Shown here piece by piece: positions 9,760-19,304 of a stretch of 64,000 bases of DNA; position 1 is the stretch's first letter; every line of letters starts with the position of its first letter. The DNA is taken from the NCBI GenBank assembly GCA_965222615.1, contig CBDCUI010000008.1, positions 640,001 through 704,000 on the forward strand, written 5' to 3'. The stretch comes from Gammaproteobacteria bacterium (GTDB taxonomy: Bacteria > Pseudomonadota > Gammaproteobacteria > UBA4575). The notes beneath the pieces were generated by a model. That model had not been told where the DNA came from. It did not search any database and was given only the letters and a program-made list of their open reading frames with translations. Position numbers and translations under genes: made by a program.

Positions 9760-10206
9760 GTTCAGAAGACAGATTACAGAGGACTGAAGACAAATGAAGA
9801 AAGTGATTAAACAAGTTGAAGACTTAGAAGTTTTTCAAAAAGCGTATAAATTGTCATTGGAATTGCATGGTGCAAGTTTGGGCTTTCCAAAACATGAACA
9901 ATATCATGGCATTGCAGATCAAATACGCAGAGCAAGTGAAGGCATTTGCGCCAATCTTGCAGAAGGTTTTGGGAAACAAAGTTATTCAAAAGTTGAATTT
10001 AAACGTTTCATAGCAATGGCAATTGGTTCGGCAGATGAAATTAGGTTATGGCTAAGTTATTGCAATGACCTTAAATATTTAACTGAATCTGAAGTTAGAA
10101 ACTATAGAAACGAATACCAAACCATTGCAAAAATGCTTTCAGGTTTGCATAAAGTTTGGAACTAATCATATTCTGAGTTCCGTTTTCTGTAATCTGTCTT
10201 CTGGAC
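9760..10206 (+). other. 23S rRNA intervening sequence (helix 45)
   Basis: Non-rRNA insert closed by a ~21-bp stem, GTTCAGAAGACAGATTACAGA / TCTGTAATCTGTCTTCTGGAC, between GAAACTGCGG and GGTAGAGGAGCG. Confidence 0.9.
9794..10165 (+). CDS. Four-helix-bundle protein (23S rRNA intervening-sequence protein, S23p family)
   Basis: DLEVFQKA, FPKHEQY..ADQIRRA, NLAEGFGK, FIAMAIGSADE motifs; lies inside the IVS loop. Confidence 0.92.
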   Translation: MKKVIKQVEDLEVFQKAYKLSLELHGASLGFPKHEQYHGIADQIRRASEGICANLAEGFGKQSYSKVEFKRFIAMAIGSADEIRLWLSYCNDLKYLTESEVRNYRNEYQTIAKMLSGLHKVWN

Positions 10207-10835
10207 GGTAGAGGAGCGTTCCGTAAGTCTGTGAAGGTAAATTGAGAAGTTTGCTGGAGATATCGGAAGTGCGAATGCTGACATGAGTAACGATAATGCA
10301 GGTGAAAAACCTGCACGCCGAAAGCCCAAGGGTTCCTGCGCAACGCTAATCGGCGCAGGGTTAGTCGGTACCTAAGGCGAGGCCGAAAGGCGTAGTCGAT
10401 GGAAAACAGGTTAATATTCCCGTACTTTGTATTACTGCGATGGGGGGACGGAGAAGGCTAGGCATACCGGACATTGGTTGTTCCGGGGAAAGTATGTAGG
10501 CAGAGAACTTTGGCAAATCCGGGTTCTTAATGTCGAGATACGAGACCATCGGTCTTTGTACCGAGAAGTTGCCGGTGCCATGCTTCCAAGAAAAGCCTCT
10601 AAGCTTCAGGTAATACGAAACCGTACCCCAAACCAACACAGGTGGGCAGGATGAGAATTCTAAGGCGCTTGAGAGAACTCGGGTGAAGGAACTAGGCAAA
10701 ATAGCACCGTAACTTCGGGAGAAGGTGCGCCCTTGTTGGTGAGTAATTTACTTTACAGGCTGATGGGGGCCGCAGTGACCAGGTGGCTGCGACTGTTTAC
10801 TAAAAACATAGCACTCTGCTAACTCGCAAGAGGAC

Positions 10836-10870
<35 letters not shown>

Positions 10871-10903
10871 TAATTGATGGGGTTAGCTTCGGCGAAGCTC
10901 TTG

Positions 10904-10950
<47 letters not shown>

Positions 10951-11604
10951 TAATATCGGTTGAAGATGTTACATTTTCAAAAAACGCTAGCCTTAGTAAA
11001 ACCGAACTATATGCGGGAAACTCCTCTAAAGCTGTTCAGTACTCGTTGATCTCTGTGATCTTCAGTAAAAATCTGACAGACATGTGGACAATCCGCAGGG
11101 AAGACTTGAATGTACCAAGAACCCTCAGAGACTTTACGTTCGGGAGGTGCCTATGAAACTAGATGCACAATGGATTACAGGTTTTGTGGATGGAGAAGGT
11201 TGTTTTCATGTGGGAATAAATCCTCATAAGGAAATGACTGTAGGATTTCAGGTGTTACCTGAATTTACCGTTGTACAACATAAACGCGATGTGCAAGTAC
11301 TTCATGCTCTGAAAAGTTATTTTGGATGTGGTGTGGTTCGAGTGAACCATGGCGACCGAATGGCCTATCGGGTAAGAAGCATCAAACATTTGTTAGAACA
11401 CATTGTTCCATTTTTCATCAAGCACCCGCTGAAAACGAAAAAGAATGTGGATTTTAGAAAATTCCGAAAAATTCTTTTAAAGATGGAAGCGGGCGATCAT
11501 TTAACATATGAGGGTGTCGAAGCAATTCGAACTATTTCAAGTGAAATGAATCGAGGTACTTCAAGATAAAGTCCGGCTTTTCTGGAAACAGATTAGATTA
11601 ACCG
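10951..11604 (+). mobile_element. Group I intron at 23S position L1931 (E. coli numbering) with homing endonuclease
   Basis: Splits GGTCCTAAGGT|AGCGAAATTCC. P1 CTAAGGT/GCCTTAG with U-G pair; core TCAGAGACT and AAGATAAAGTCC; ends in G. Confidence 0.92.
11153..11569 (+). CDS. Single-motif LAGLIDADG homing endonuclease
   Basis: WITGFVDGEGCF; FTVVQH and FGCG motifs; GGAGGT ribosome-binding site before ATG 11153 (ORF track starts at 11084). Confidence 0.93.
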   Translation: MKLDAQWITGFVDGEGCFHVGINPHKEMTVGFQVLPEFTVVQHKRDVQVLHALKSYFGCGVVRVNHGDRMAYRVRSIKHLLEHIVPFFIKHPLKTKKNVDFRKFRKILLKMEAGDHLTYEGVEAIRTISSEMNRGTSR

Positions 11605-11624
11605 AGCGAAATTCCTTGTCGGGT

Positions 11625-11893
11625 AAGTAAAATTGCCCCTTTTGGGAGCGATCCCAAATCGCAAACCGGCTCAAATCGGTGAAGCCTTCCTGCGTGTGCA
11701 GCGCAAAAGGTAATACCGAGGGTAAGATTATTATTAAATTGATAATCCCTGTAACGACTCAAGGGTGAGATCCTTGGATGGATGAAAATCCATAATACGC
11801 CGGCCCTGTTTATGATTGCGAATGAGGTTTCTCAACTCACGCAAACAGGTGAAGGTATAGTCTGTGCCCTTTGGAAACATTGGGAATAACATG
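11625..11893 (+). mobile_element. ORF-less group I intron at 23S position L1951
   Basis: Splits TGTCGGGT|AAGTTCCGACC. P1 GGGTAA/TTGCCC with U-G pair; core TGTAACGACT and AAGGTATAGTCT; terminal G at 11893; 269 nt. Confidence 0.9.
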
Positions 11894-12182
11894 AAGTTCC
11901 GACCTGCACGAATGGCGTAACGATGGCCACACTGTCTCCACCCGAGACTCAGTGAAATTGAAATCGCTGTGAAGATGCAGTGTTCCCGCGGCTAGACGGA
12001 AAGACCCCGTGAACCTTAACTACAGCTTTACATTGAACTTTGAGCCTGCTTGTGCAGGATAGGTGGGAGGCTTCGAAGCAGTCACGTCAGTGGTTGTGGA
12101 GCCAACCTTGAGATACCACCCTGGCATGTTTGGAGTTCTAACCCAGGCCCGTTATCCGGGTCGGGAACAATGTATGGTGGGT

Positions 12183-12225
<43 letters not shown>

Positions 12226-12346
12226 ACGAAGGTACCCTAAGTACGGTCGGAAATCGTGCGGTTTGTGCAAAGGCATAAGGGTGCTTGACTGCGAGACAGA
12301 CACGTCGAGCAGGTACGAAAGTAGGTCTTAGTGATCCGGTGGTTCT

Positions 12347-12402
<56 letters not shown>

Positions 12403-12431
12403 ACTGCCCAAGAGTCCATATCGACGGCAGT

Positions 12432-12509
<78 letters not shown>

Positions 12510-12671
12510 TGGTACGCGAGCTGGGTTTAGAACGTCGTGAGACAGTTCGGTCCCTATCTACCGTGGGTGTTTGAGACTTGAAGGAAGCTGCTCCTAGTAC
12601 GAGAGGACCGGAGTGGACGTACCTCTGGTGTTCCGGTTGTCACGCCAGTGGCATTGCCGGGTAGCTATGTA

Positions 12672-12711
<40 letters not shown>

Positions 12712-13023
12712 CACCTGAAATGAGGTCTCACTGGGAACTTGATTCCCCTGAAGGGCCCTGGAAGACGACCAGGTTGATAGGCTGGGTGTGGAAGTTCAGT
12801 AATGGATGAAGCTAACCAGTACTAATTGCCCGTGCGACTTGACCATATAACACTCAAGCAAATTGAGTGTGTAGCGAATACTTCAAAACACACGCCTAGT
12901 TGGTTTTCAAAATTTTGTTTAATTTCATATGGGGTCAGACTCGATTGCATCTGGCCTTTGGGTGAGAAGGTGTTTGATTCAGATCAATCGAGTCTGACCC
13001 CATTGAAATTAAACATACCAGTT

Positions 13024-13142
13024 TGCCTGGCGGCAACAGAGCGTTGGTACCACCCGATCCCATCCCGAACTCGGAAGTGAAACGGCGCATCGCCGATGGT
13101 AGTGTGGGGTCTCCCCATGTGAGAGTAGGACACTGCCAGGCA
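13024..13142 (+). rRNA. rrf: 5S rRNA
   Basis: TGCCTGGCGGC...CCATCCCGAACTCGGAAGTGAAAC...GAGAGTAGGACACTGCCAGGCA. Confidence 0.96.
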
Positions 13143-13151
13143 TTAATACCT

Positions 13152-13189
13152 AAAGCCTCGTAATTGATTACGGGGCTTTTTTATTTTTT
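13152..13189 (+). terminator. Rho-independent terminator after 5S (first of three tandem terminators)
   Basis: AAAGCCTCGTAAT-TG-ATTACGGGGCTTT plus T tract; further hairpin/T-tract units at ~13294-13333 and ~13441-13477. Confidence 0.85.
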
Positions 13190-13222
13190 GGAAGTAAATT
13201 TAAGTCGCAGTGTGATTACTGG

Positions 13223-13480
13223 TATGCGAGCCGCATCCGTGCGGCTGACTCTCATTCCTATATCCATGTAGTCACCAGCCAGGCATTAAAATAAATAAGG
13301 CTCTAGAGTTTTACTTTAGAGCCTTATTTTTATTACGAAGATGAAATTTACAGGCAGTGTAATTTACGGGCCGGTTTGCCGAAGTCCATTTCGGCAGGCT
13401 CTCACTCGCACATCCATGCGCACGTGTGGCATTAAAATACAAAGACCCTAAAGTTTTGCTTTAGGGTCTTTTTTATTATG
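13223..13480. repeat. Two degenerate tandem units: CATCC-hairpin element + 5S 3'-end copy + terminator
   Basis: GCCGCATCCGTGCGGC...CCTATATCCATGTAG...GCCAGGCATTAA, then ...GCACATCCATGCGC...GGCATTAA, each followed by a terminator and GAAGATGAA..TTA.AGG.AGTGT. Confidence 0.7.
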
Positions 13481-14004
13481 AAGATGAATTTATAGGTAGT
13501 GTGTGTGGTTTTCCGTGACAGTTTACCTCATCCATAAAGTGGTCTCTTATTTCAAAAGCTTTAATACTTTTAATGTTGAAAGTTTTAAAGATTCGTTTTT
13601 TTGAGAGATTGCGTATAAAAGGATTTATCATCCGGTTATTTTTAATAAAAATTTATAACTATTAACAGTTCAAATATATATTTTTTAACTAGCATCGAAA
13701 TTTAGTAACGAATTGATATAGAAAATAAATATTCAAGTATGGAGTATTTTAATAAAACTAGGTAAACCAACTTATTACATTATAAATTTAATTATTATAT
13801 TGAATTCGATTAATTTTAGTATAAGAGTGAAAGGATAAAAGATTAATAAACGTTACTATTATTTATTAGAGGAATTTAGCAACGATACAATTAGTTTGAT
13901 AGTATATTTCTTGAGTGAGATGTGTGTGCAAGAATTGCATTAATCTAACACCTTAAAATCTTAAGCTTAAAGTAATTTACAAAAATAACTAATAAGGGAG
14001 GGAC

Positions 14005-15255
14005 ATGAAGTTTTTTGTAAACTCAACACCAATAGTTGAAGAAGAATTTCGAGTTGGAAAGAAGACTGCAGGGGTCACAGAGCTTCCAAATCAAAATAAA
14101 GCAAAATTTTCAGCAAGCTTTACTAAATCTAAGATAAGAATCAAGACAAGTGCATCTACATCTGTTTTGCCTGAAGTAGTACGAGTTAAAAATGCTTCAT
14201 GGGCATTTAGTACTCGACGGGTGTCAATAGAAGCAGTCCAGTCTGTTTTGCCTCTTGAGGGTTCGCCTAATGCGGGGGATTTGGTTTTAGCACGTGTAGA
14301 CATGATTGGACATCATTCTGGATTGCAACAACCAAATGGAAGGCGTAAATCAATGTTCATTGGCGATGAAATTGTAGTTGCTTATGGTAACCGCTATGCA
14401 TCAAATCAATTTGAATCTTTTGTACCTGAAACACTTGGCCCTTGTCACCTTGTAGCAGGCGGCGGTATCGCATCACGCGCAAGGTCATGGCATAACCGAA
14501 TTTCAAAAGGTCCAACACATATTACGCCATTAGGTTTGTTAGGTGATCGAAATGGTAGGCGTATGAACTTAACCCAATTTGCGTTACAACCACTAAAAAA
14601 CATAAGTGATAAATTTCCAACTGCTATTGCAGTGGTGGGTACTGGAATGGATTCTGGCAAGACACAAAGTGCCGCGTATTTGGTTAAAGGATTAATTGCA
14701 GCTGGTTTGAAAGTGGCCTATGCAAAAATAACAGGAACAGGGGCAGGTGGAGATACTTGGTTGCTTAGAGATGCTGGTGCATTTCCAGTTTTGGATTTTA
14801 CCGATGCTGGTGCTCCTTCAACATATTTAATGACTAAAAAAGAAATTGAAAATATTTTAGTGACCTTAGTAGGGCATATATCTACTAAAAATGTAGACAC
14901 AATCATTTTAGAAATCGCTGATGGCGTATATCAACAAGAAACTGCTGAATTACTTCGCTCAGATATTTTTGATCAAATTGTTGGAGGAGTGCTGTTTGCA
15001 GCAAGAGATTCGATGGGGGCGAGTGCAGGTGTTCATTGGCTAAGTAATTATCCAACCCCTGTGCTCGCGTTAAGCGGTGTGTTATCTGCAGCGCCCTTGC
15101 AAGTTAAAGAGGCAACAGAGGCATTGCGTTTACCCGTATATAACCGTGAAGAGCTGGCTACTGCAAAAATTGCATTTCAGATCATGAATCGTGCGTGGCA
15201 GAAACATCATGAATTAAATTGTGAACCCCGGAAATTATATATAAATGTCGATTAA
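14005..15255 (+). CDS. DUF1611-like P-loop NTPase domain protein
   Basis: AGGGAGG RBS; GDLVLARV, YGNRYA, VVGTGMDSGKT (P-loop), KITGTG, DFTDAG, EIADG motifs. Confidence 0.7.
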   Translation: MKFFVNSTPIVEEEFRVGKKTAGVTELPNQNKAKFSASFTKSKIRIKTSASTSVLPEVVRVKNASWAFSTRRVSIEAVQSVLPLEGSPNAGDLVLARVDMIGHHSGLQQPNGRRKSMFIGDEIVVAYGNRYASNQFESFVPETLGPCHLVAGGGIASRARSWHNRISKGPTHITPLGLLGDRNGRRMNLTQFALQPLKNISDKFPTAIAVVGTGMDSGKTQSAAYLVKGLIAAGLKVAYAKITGTGAGGDTWLLRDAGAFPVLDFTDAGAPSTYLMTKKEIENILVTLVGHISTKNVDTIILEIADGVYQQETAELLRSDIFDQIVGGVLFAARDSMGASAGVHWLSNYPTPVLALSGVLSAAPLQVKEATEALRLPVYNREELATAKIAFQIMNRAWQKHHELNCEPRKLYINVD

Positions 15256-16144
15256 TGGAAACTCTAATGATACTCGATGGATGCTGCCAAAAGGCAAAGT
15301 CCTAAGACGTACTATGCAAGGCGCGCCGAATTTTGACTATCTTATTTACTTACCAACTTCAGTTAAAAATAATGCACCTTTATTAATCGCAGTGCATGGG
15401 CTCTCACGCAATACGCATGAACAAATGCGTGTATTTTCAAAATTGAGTGAGTTATATGGAGTTATTGTAGCCGCTCCAAATTTTTCAGAAGAACAATTTA
15501 AAGACTATCAGCGTCTAGGCCGGATAGGTTTGGGTTTGCGTGCAGATTTATTCTTAAATGAGTGCATAGTGGAAATTGGGCTTTTAACAGGAGCTGAAGT
15601 TTCAAAAATATTTCTATTTGGATTTTCAGGTGGCGCACAATTTGCTCACCGTTATTTAATGGTTCACCCACATCGTGTGGCCCGGGCAGTAGTAGTAGGT
15701 GCAGGTTGGTATACATTTCCAGATGCAAAGTTAAAATTTCCGTATGGCATCCGATCTACAAAAAGGTTACCTGGGGTAATTTTTAATCCTGAAGAATTTT
15801 TGACAATACCTGTATCAGTATTAGCTGGTGAGCACGATACATCTATGACTGCGCTTCGACGAAATATCCGAGTAGATGAGCAACAAGGTAAAAACAGGGT
15901 GCAACGTGCTCGTAATTGGGTAGTCGCAATGCGAGAAGCAGCAAAAATGTTTGGCATGTTGCCGATGGTGACCTTTACAGAAGTGCCTCATATTAACCAT
16001 TCATTTACCCAATTTTATCGGCATGGCGCGTTGACTGAAAGAGTATTTAATTCACTATTCGATATTCCATTTTCTTCACTTAAACAAACAAAGTCAGCAG
16101 TGCAAGAAGGTGATAATGCTATTGCTGAAAATGTGATGAATTGA
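15245..16144 (+). CDS. Alpha/beta hydrolase, cytoplasmic, resembling poly(aspartate) hydrolase PahZ1
   Basis: VHGLSRN, GFSGGAQFAHR (nucleophile elbow), GAGWYT, GEHDT, QGKNRVQRA, and C-terminal His in INHSF. No signal peptide. Confidence 0.75.
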   Translation: MSINGNSNDTRWMLPKGKVLRRTMQGAPNFDYLIYLPTSVKNNAPLLIAVHGLSRNTHEQMRVFSKLSELYGVIVAAPNFSEEQFKDYQRLGRIGLGLRADLFLNECIVEIGLLTGAEVSKIFLFGFSGGAQFAHRYLMVHPHRVARAVVVGAGWYTFPDAKLKFPYGIRSTKRLPGVIFNPEEFLTIPVSVLAGEHDTSMTALRRNIRVDEQQGKNRVQRARNWVVAMREAAKMFGMLPMVTFTEVPHINHSFTQFYRHGALTERVFNSLFDIPFSSLKQTKSAVQEGDNAIAENVMN

Positions 16145-16171
16145 TTTGTTTTAATTTGTAATAACTGTTTT

Positions 16172-17410
16172 ATGACTAAAGCTAATAGCAATCGATCAAA
16201 TAACACTAATTTGACTAATCAAAAAAAATTAGTTGTTAGGCCGGTACATATTGAACGTTCGGCAAAACATGAAAATGCTATTGGTATGGCGCAGTTGCCC
16301 CCGCCAAAATTTACCAATAAAAATTATAGGAACCGAACTTTAAAATGGATGTTGGTTTGTATTCTGCTAATTCTTTTATCAATTCCATTTGTAACATGGC
16401 TTCAATATCAATCAAGCAATATTATTTCACGTAATGCTATTGTGCGTGGAAATCTCGCTGAAATTGGCACCCGTATTAATGGTGTTCTTATGGATATAGA
16501 TGTGCCAGCAGGGGAGAAAGTATGGTCAGGACAGGTTTTGGCAAAACTTGAGCATCAGCATATTAAGGCTGAGGGCGAAGAAGCAAAAGCAGAGTTGGAG
16601 GGTTTTGCTCGCGAATTAGAAGTAGAACAGATGGCGATTGAGCATGAAAAATTATTATTACAAAACAAAATTCAAGAAGCAGGTGCCAACCTAGCTGCAG
16701 CACAAGCTGAAGTTACTGCAGCTAAAACTCGTGCACGAGAAGCCGAAAATTTTTATCAAGCACGCAAAAAACTACTCAGTGAACAGCTAATTTCTCGCGA
16801 AGATGTGCGTGATGCAAATAGTAAACGTAGGACAGCGGCTGCTTTGGTCCGAGTTGCAGAGGCCAATTATTTAGCAGCTAAATCTGCACAAGAGAATGCA
16901 TCATTAGACTCAGATGGTTTGTTAATTCGTAAGCAACGAATCGGTGTATTGGAAGCAAATGTTGCACGTGCGAAGGCTCGTCTGGCAAAAGCTGATGCAG
17001 ATTTACAAGGAACACACATTCGAGCTCCAGGCGATGGCGTGGTCATTAGATGGCTGATACAGCAAGGTGGCTCTGTAGAAGTTGGGAAACCAGTACTATC
17101 CATGTGGGTAGGTGATGAGGTATGGATAGAAGCGTGGATAGATGAAGATGAAATTTCACATATACAAGTTGGTGATATTGCAACGGTCACATTGCAATCG
17201 TTTCCAGGAAAAGAATTTATGGGTGTAGTAGAAAAAATTGGTTTAACCACAGATTTTCAAACGCCTGCACCAGATATTCCTCAACCGCGCTTTACACGTA
17301 TGCGTGGCGCACCTGTAATAGGTGTATTAGTAAGACTAAATGATCCACCTGACAAGTTGCTGCCTGGTTTATCAGCCGTAGTGGCAATACAAAATAGTGT
17401 AGGGGGATAA
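16172..17410 (+). CDS. HlyD/EmrA-family membrane fusion protein
   Basis: N-terminal TM; lipoyl half-motifs V..GEKVWSGQVLA and IRAPGDGVV; long coiled coil; LLPGLS. Confidence 0.9.
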   Translation: MTKANSNRSNNTNLTNQKKLVVRPVHIERSAKHENAIGMAQLPPPKFTNKNYRNRTLKWMLVCILLILLSIPFVTWLQYQSSNIISRNAIVRGNLAEIGTRINGVLMDIDVPAGEKVWSGQVLAKLEHQHIKAEGEEAKAELEGFARELEVEQMAIEHEKLLLQNKIQEAGANLAAAQAEVTAAKTRAREAENFYQARKKLLSEQLISREDVRDANSKRRTAAALVRVAEANYLAAKSAQENASLDSDGLLIRKQRIGVLEANVARAKARLAKADADLQGTHIRAPGDGVVIRWLIQQGGSVEVGKPVLSMWVGDEVWIEAWIDEDEISHIQVGDIATVTLQSFPGKEFMGVVEKIGLTTDFQTPAPDIPQPRFTRMRGAPVIGVLVRLNDPPDKLLPGLSAVVAIQNSVGG

Positions 17411-17413
17411 AAT

Positions 17414-19303
17414 ATGCCAACTAATATAGATAGTTCAGATGCAGTAGTACCAAATCCATTCGAATTAAATTTTTGGGATAAATATATTCGACCAAAGCGA
17501 AATATTCATCCTATAGGAATTGGGTTACTTTCTCTTTTAGCGTTTATACCTCTAATAATGGTATTTTCGCGGCTCTTAGCTTATCCAGGGATGCAGCCGC
17601 AAAATATTTTTGGTTTAGATTGGTTGCACTTATTTGGGACATATTTAAATCAATCAGTTACTTTGCAATGGGTTCCACCAGATGATCAATGGACCATACT
17701 GTACTTGCTCTTATTGCCTCTAAGCGTTCTTATCATAACCATTGCGCGTTTAACTTTTGGGTTACGAATTTTAGGTTTTCGAGCGATTTTGATTGCTGTG
17801 GGATTTCAGGAAATTGGCTTTTTGCCAAGTATTCTATTAATCATATCCGTAATAGCTACTATTATTTTAGTGCGTCCTGTATTGAGGCAAATACGTCTGC
17901 CTTTATATGCGCGCGTTTCGGTGATTTTATGCATTTCTGCGATGTTTATGATTGGCGCATTATTTTTAGGATCATGGTTGCGTTCAGAAATAATTTGGAA
18001 TGTTGCCTTTTTCCCAGTAATTATTTTAGCAATGTTAGCAGAGAGTGTAGCCAGAACAATTGATAGAGAAAGTATACAGACAGGTCTTTGGCGTTTATTT
18101 TGGACAGTAGTTTTAGCAATAATCATTGCTTTAATTTGTAAATTACCCGTTATACGAGAGGCCGCTTTATTTTTCCCTGAATTAATGATTACACAGTTAG
18201 TATTTGTCGTATTTGTTTCAGAGTTTTTTGATTTACGTTTATTACAAGGCTGGCAAGAACGCATTGGGAACAAGAAGAAAAGCAAATTAGTGGCTATACC
18301 TGCTACAGCAAAGATAGCTGTTGTACGAAACCGGTGGAATTCAAATGTACTTGGACGGCTAGGAATTCCAATTTCAAACAAAGCGAGAGTTAAATCAGTT
18401 CAGCGTTTAGTAAATTCATTACGTAATTTAGGCTATTCCGTTCGAGTATTTGAAAGTGATATTTCATTGTTTCGTGAATTACGTAAGTTTATACCTACTG
18501 ATCCGTTAACCGGTCATCCGGGTGGCATGGTGTTAAATTTAGCGAGAGGTGTGCAAGGTGTTGGTAAGCTAAGTCACTTGCCTGCTATGTTAGAAATGTC
18601 AGGAGTTGCTTATACAGGTCCTGATCCAGTTAGCCATACACGAATATTAGATCGTTATATGATGCTTACTTTATTGCGAGAGTCTGATATTCCAGTCCCA
18701 AAGTTTAAATGTATTTCAAGCATATTTTCAGATATAAGTGATCTACGTTTTCCAATAGCAATACGACCACGTTGCGAATCGGATGCAAAATGGAATATTG
18801 TTAGAACTCCCGAAGATTTTACTGCGACAGCAAATGAAGTTTTACAAACTTATAGGCAAGAACTTGTTGTTGAAGAATTTCACTTCAGTCAAGAGATACG
18901 CGCTTCATTAATTGGTAATAATGTAGTCGAATGTTTTCCACTATTACAGCATAGCATGAGGGGAAGCAAAAAAATCTGTCCAGCACCTTTAGACGAAACA
19001 CTTACAAAAAAGATTGAAGAGACTGCTAAACAAGCTTACCGCGCAATTGGATGTCGAGATTATGCTCGAATTGACATCAGAATAAATGAAGAAAATGAAC
19101 CGTGCATTATCCAAATACATACTATAGGTATTTTTGCCCGCAATGGGTCATTTGCTCAATCAGCAAAACAAGCTGGATATTCATTTGAAGATTTAATGCA
19201 TCGAGTTATTCAGTTAGCTTGGTTACGTTATGGCGTGACGTCTAATATCTCATGCATGGATGTGGATGAAAATCAGACCTTATCTGAGGTTGAAGTAGCT
19301 TGA
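17414..19303 (+). CDS. 7TM (transglutaminase-associated type) membrane domain fused to a D-Ala-D-Ala-ligase-like ATP-grasp domain
   Basis: LLLLP...R..FGLRILG, FFPVIILAMLAE, FPEL and DLRL motifs in the TM part; LEMSGVAYTG, KICPAPL and GCRDYARIDIR in the C-terminal part. Confidence 0.75.
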   Translation: MPTNIDSSDAVVPNPFELNFWDKYIRPKRNIHPIGIGLLSLLAFIPLIMVFSRLLAYPGMQPQNIFGLDWLHLFGTYLNQSVTLQWVPPDDQWTILYLLLLPLSVLIITIARLTFGLRILGFRAILIAVGFQEIGFLPSILLIISVIATIILVRPVLRQIRLPLYARVSVILCISAMFMIGALFLGSWLRSEIIWNVAFFPVIILAMLAESVARTIDRESIQTGLWRLFWTVVLAIIIALICKLPVIREAALFFPELMITQLVFVVFVSEFFDLRLLQGWQERIGNKKKSKLVAIPATAKIAVVRNRWNSNVLGRLGIPISNKARVKSVQRLVNSLRNLGYSVRVFESDISLFRELRKFIPTDPLTGHPGGMVLNLARGVQGVGKLSHLPAMLEMSGVAYTGPDPVSHTRILDRYMMLTLLRESDIPVPKFKCISSIFSDISDLRFPIAIRPRCESDAKWNIVRTPEDFTATANEVLQTYRQELVVEEFHFSQEIRASLIGNNVVECFPLLQHSMRGSKKICPAPLDETLTKKIEETAKQAYRAIGCRDYARIDIRINEENEPCIIQIHTIGIFARNGSFAQSAKQAGYSFEDLMHRVIQLAWLRYGVTSNISCMDVDENQTLSEVEVA

Positions 19304-19304
19304 T

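Noticed and set aside
9794-10165. Avd-like protein as sign of a diversity-generating retroelement
   Set aside because: No reverse transcriptase or template/variable repeat pair is seen in the window; the ORF sits in a 23S IVS, which explains it.
11625-11893. Placing the second intron after U1955 instead of U1951
   Set aside because: The intron begins AAGT like the exon, but only the U1951 junction gives a U-G P1 pair, a terminal G and a correct spliced sequence.
13510-14000. Very AT-rich stretch as a replication origin
   Set aside because: No clustered DnaA boxes or iterons are visible; more simply the regulatory region of the downstream operon.
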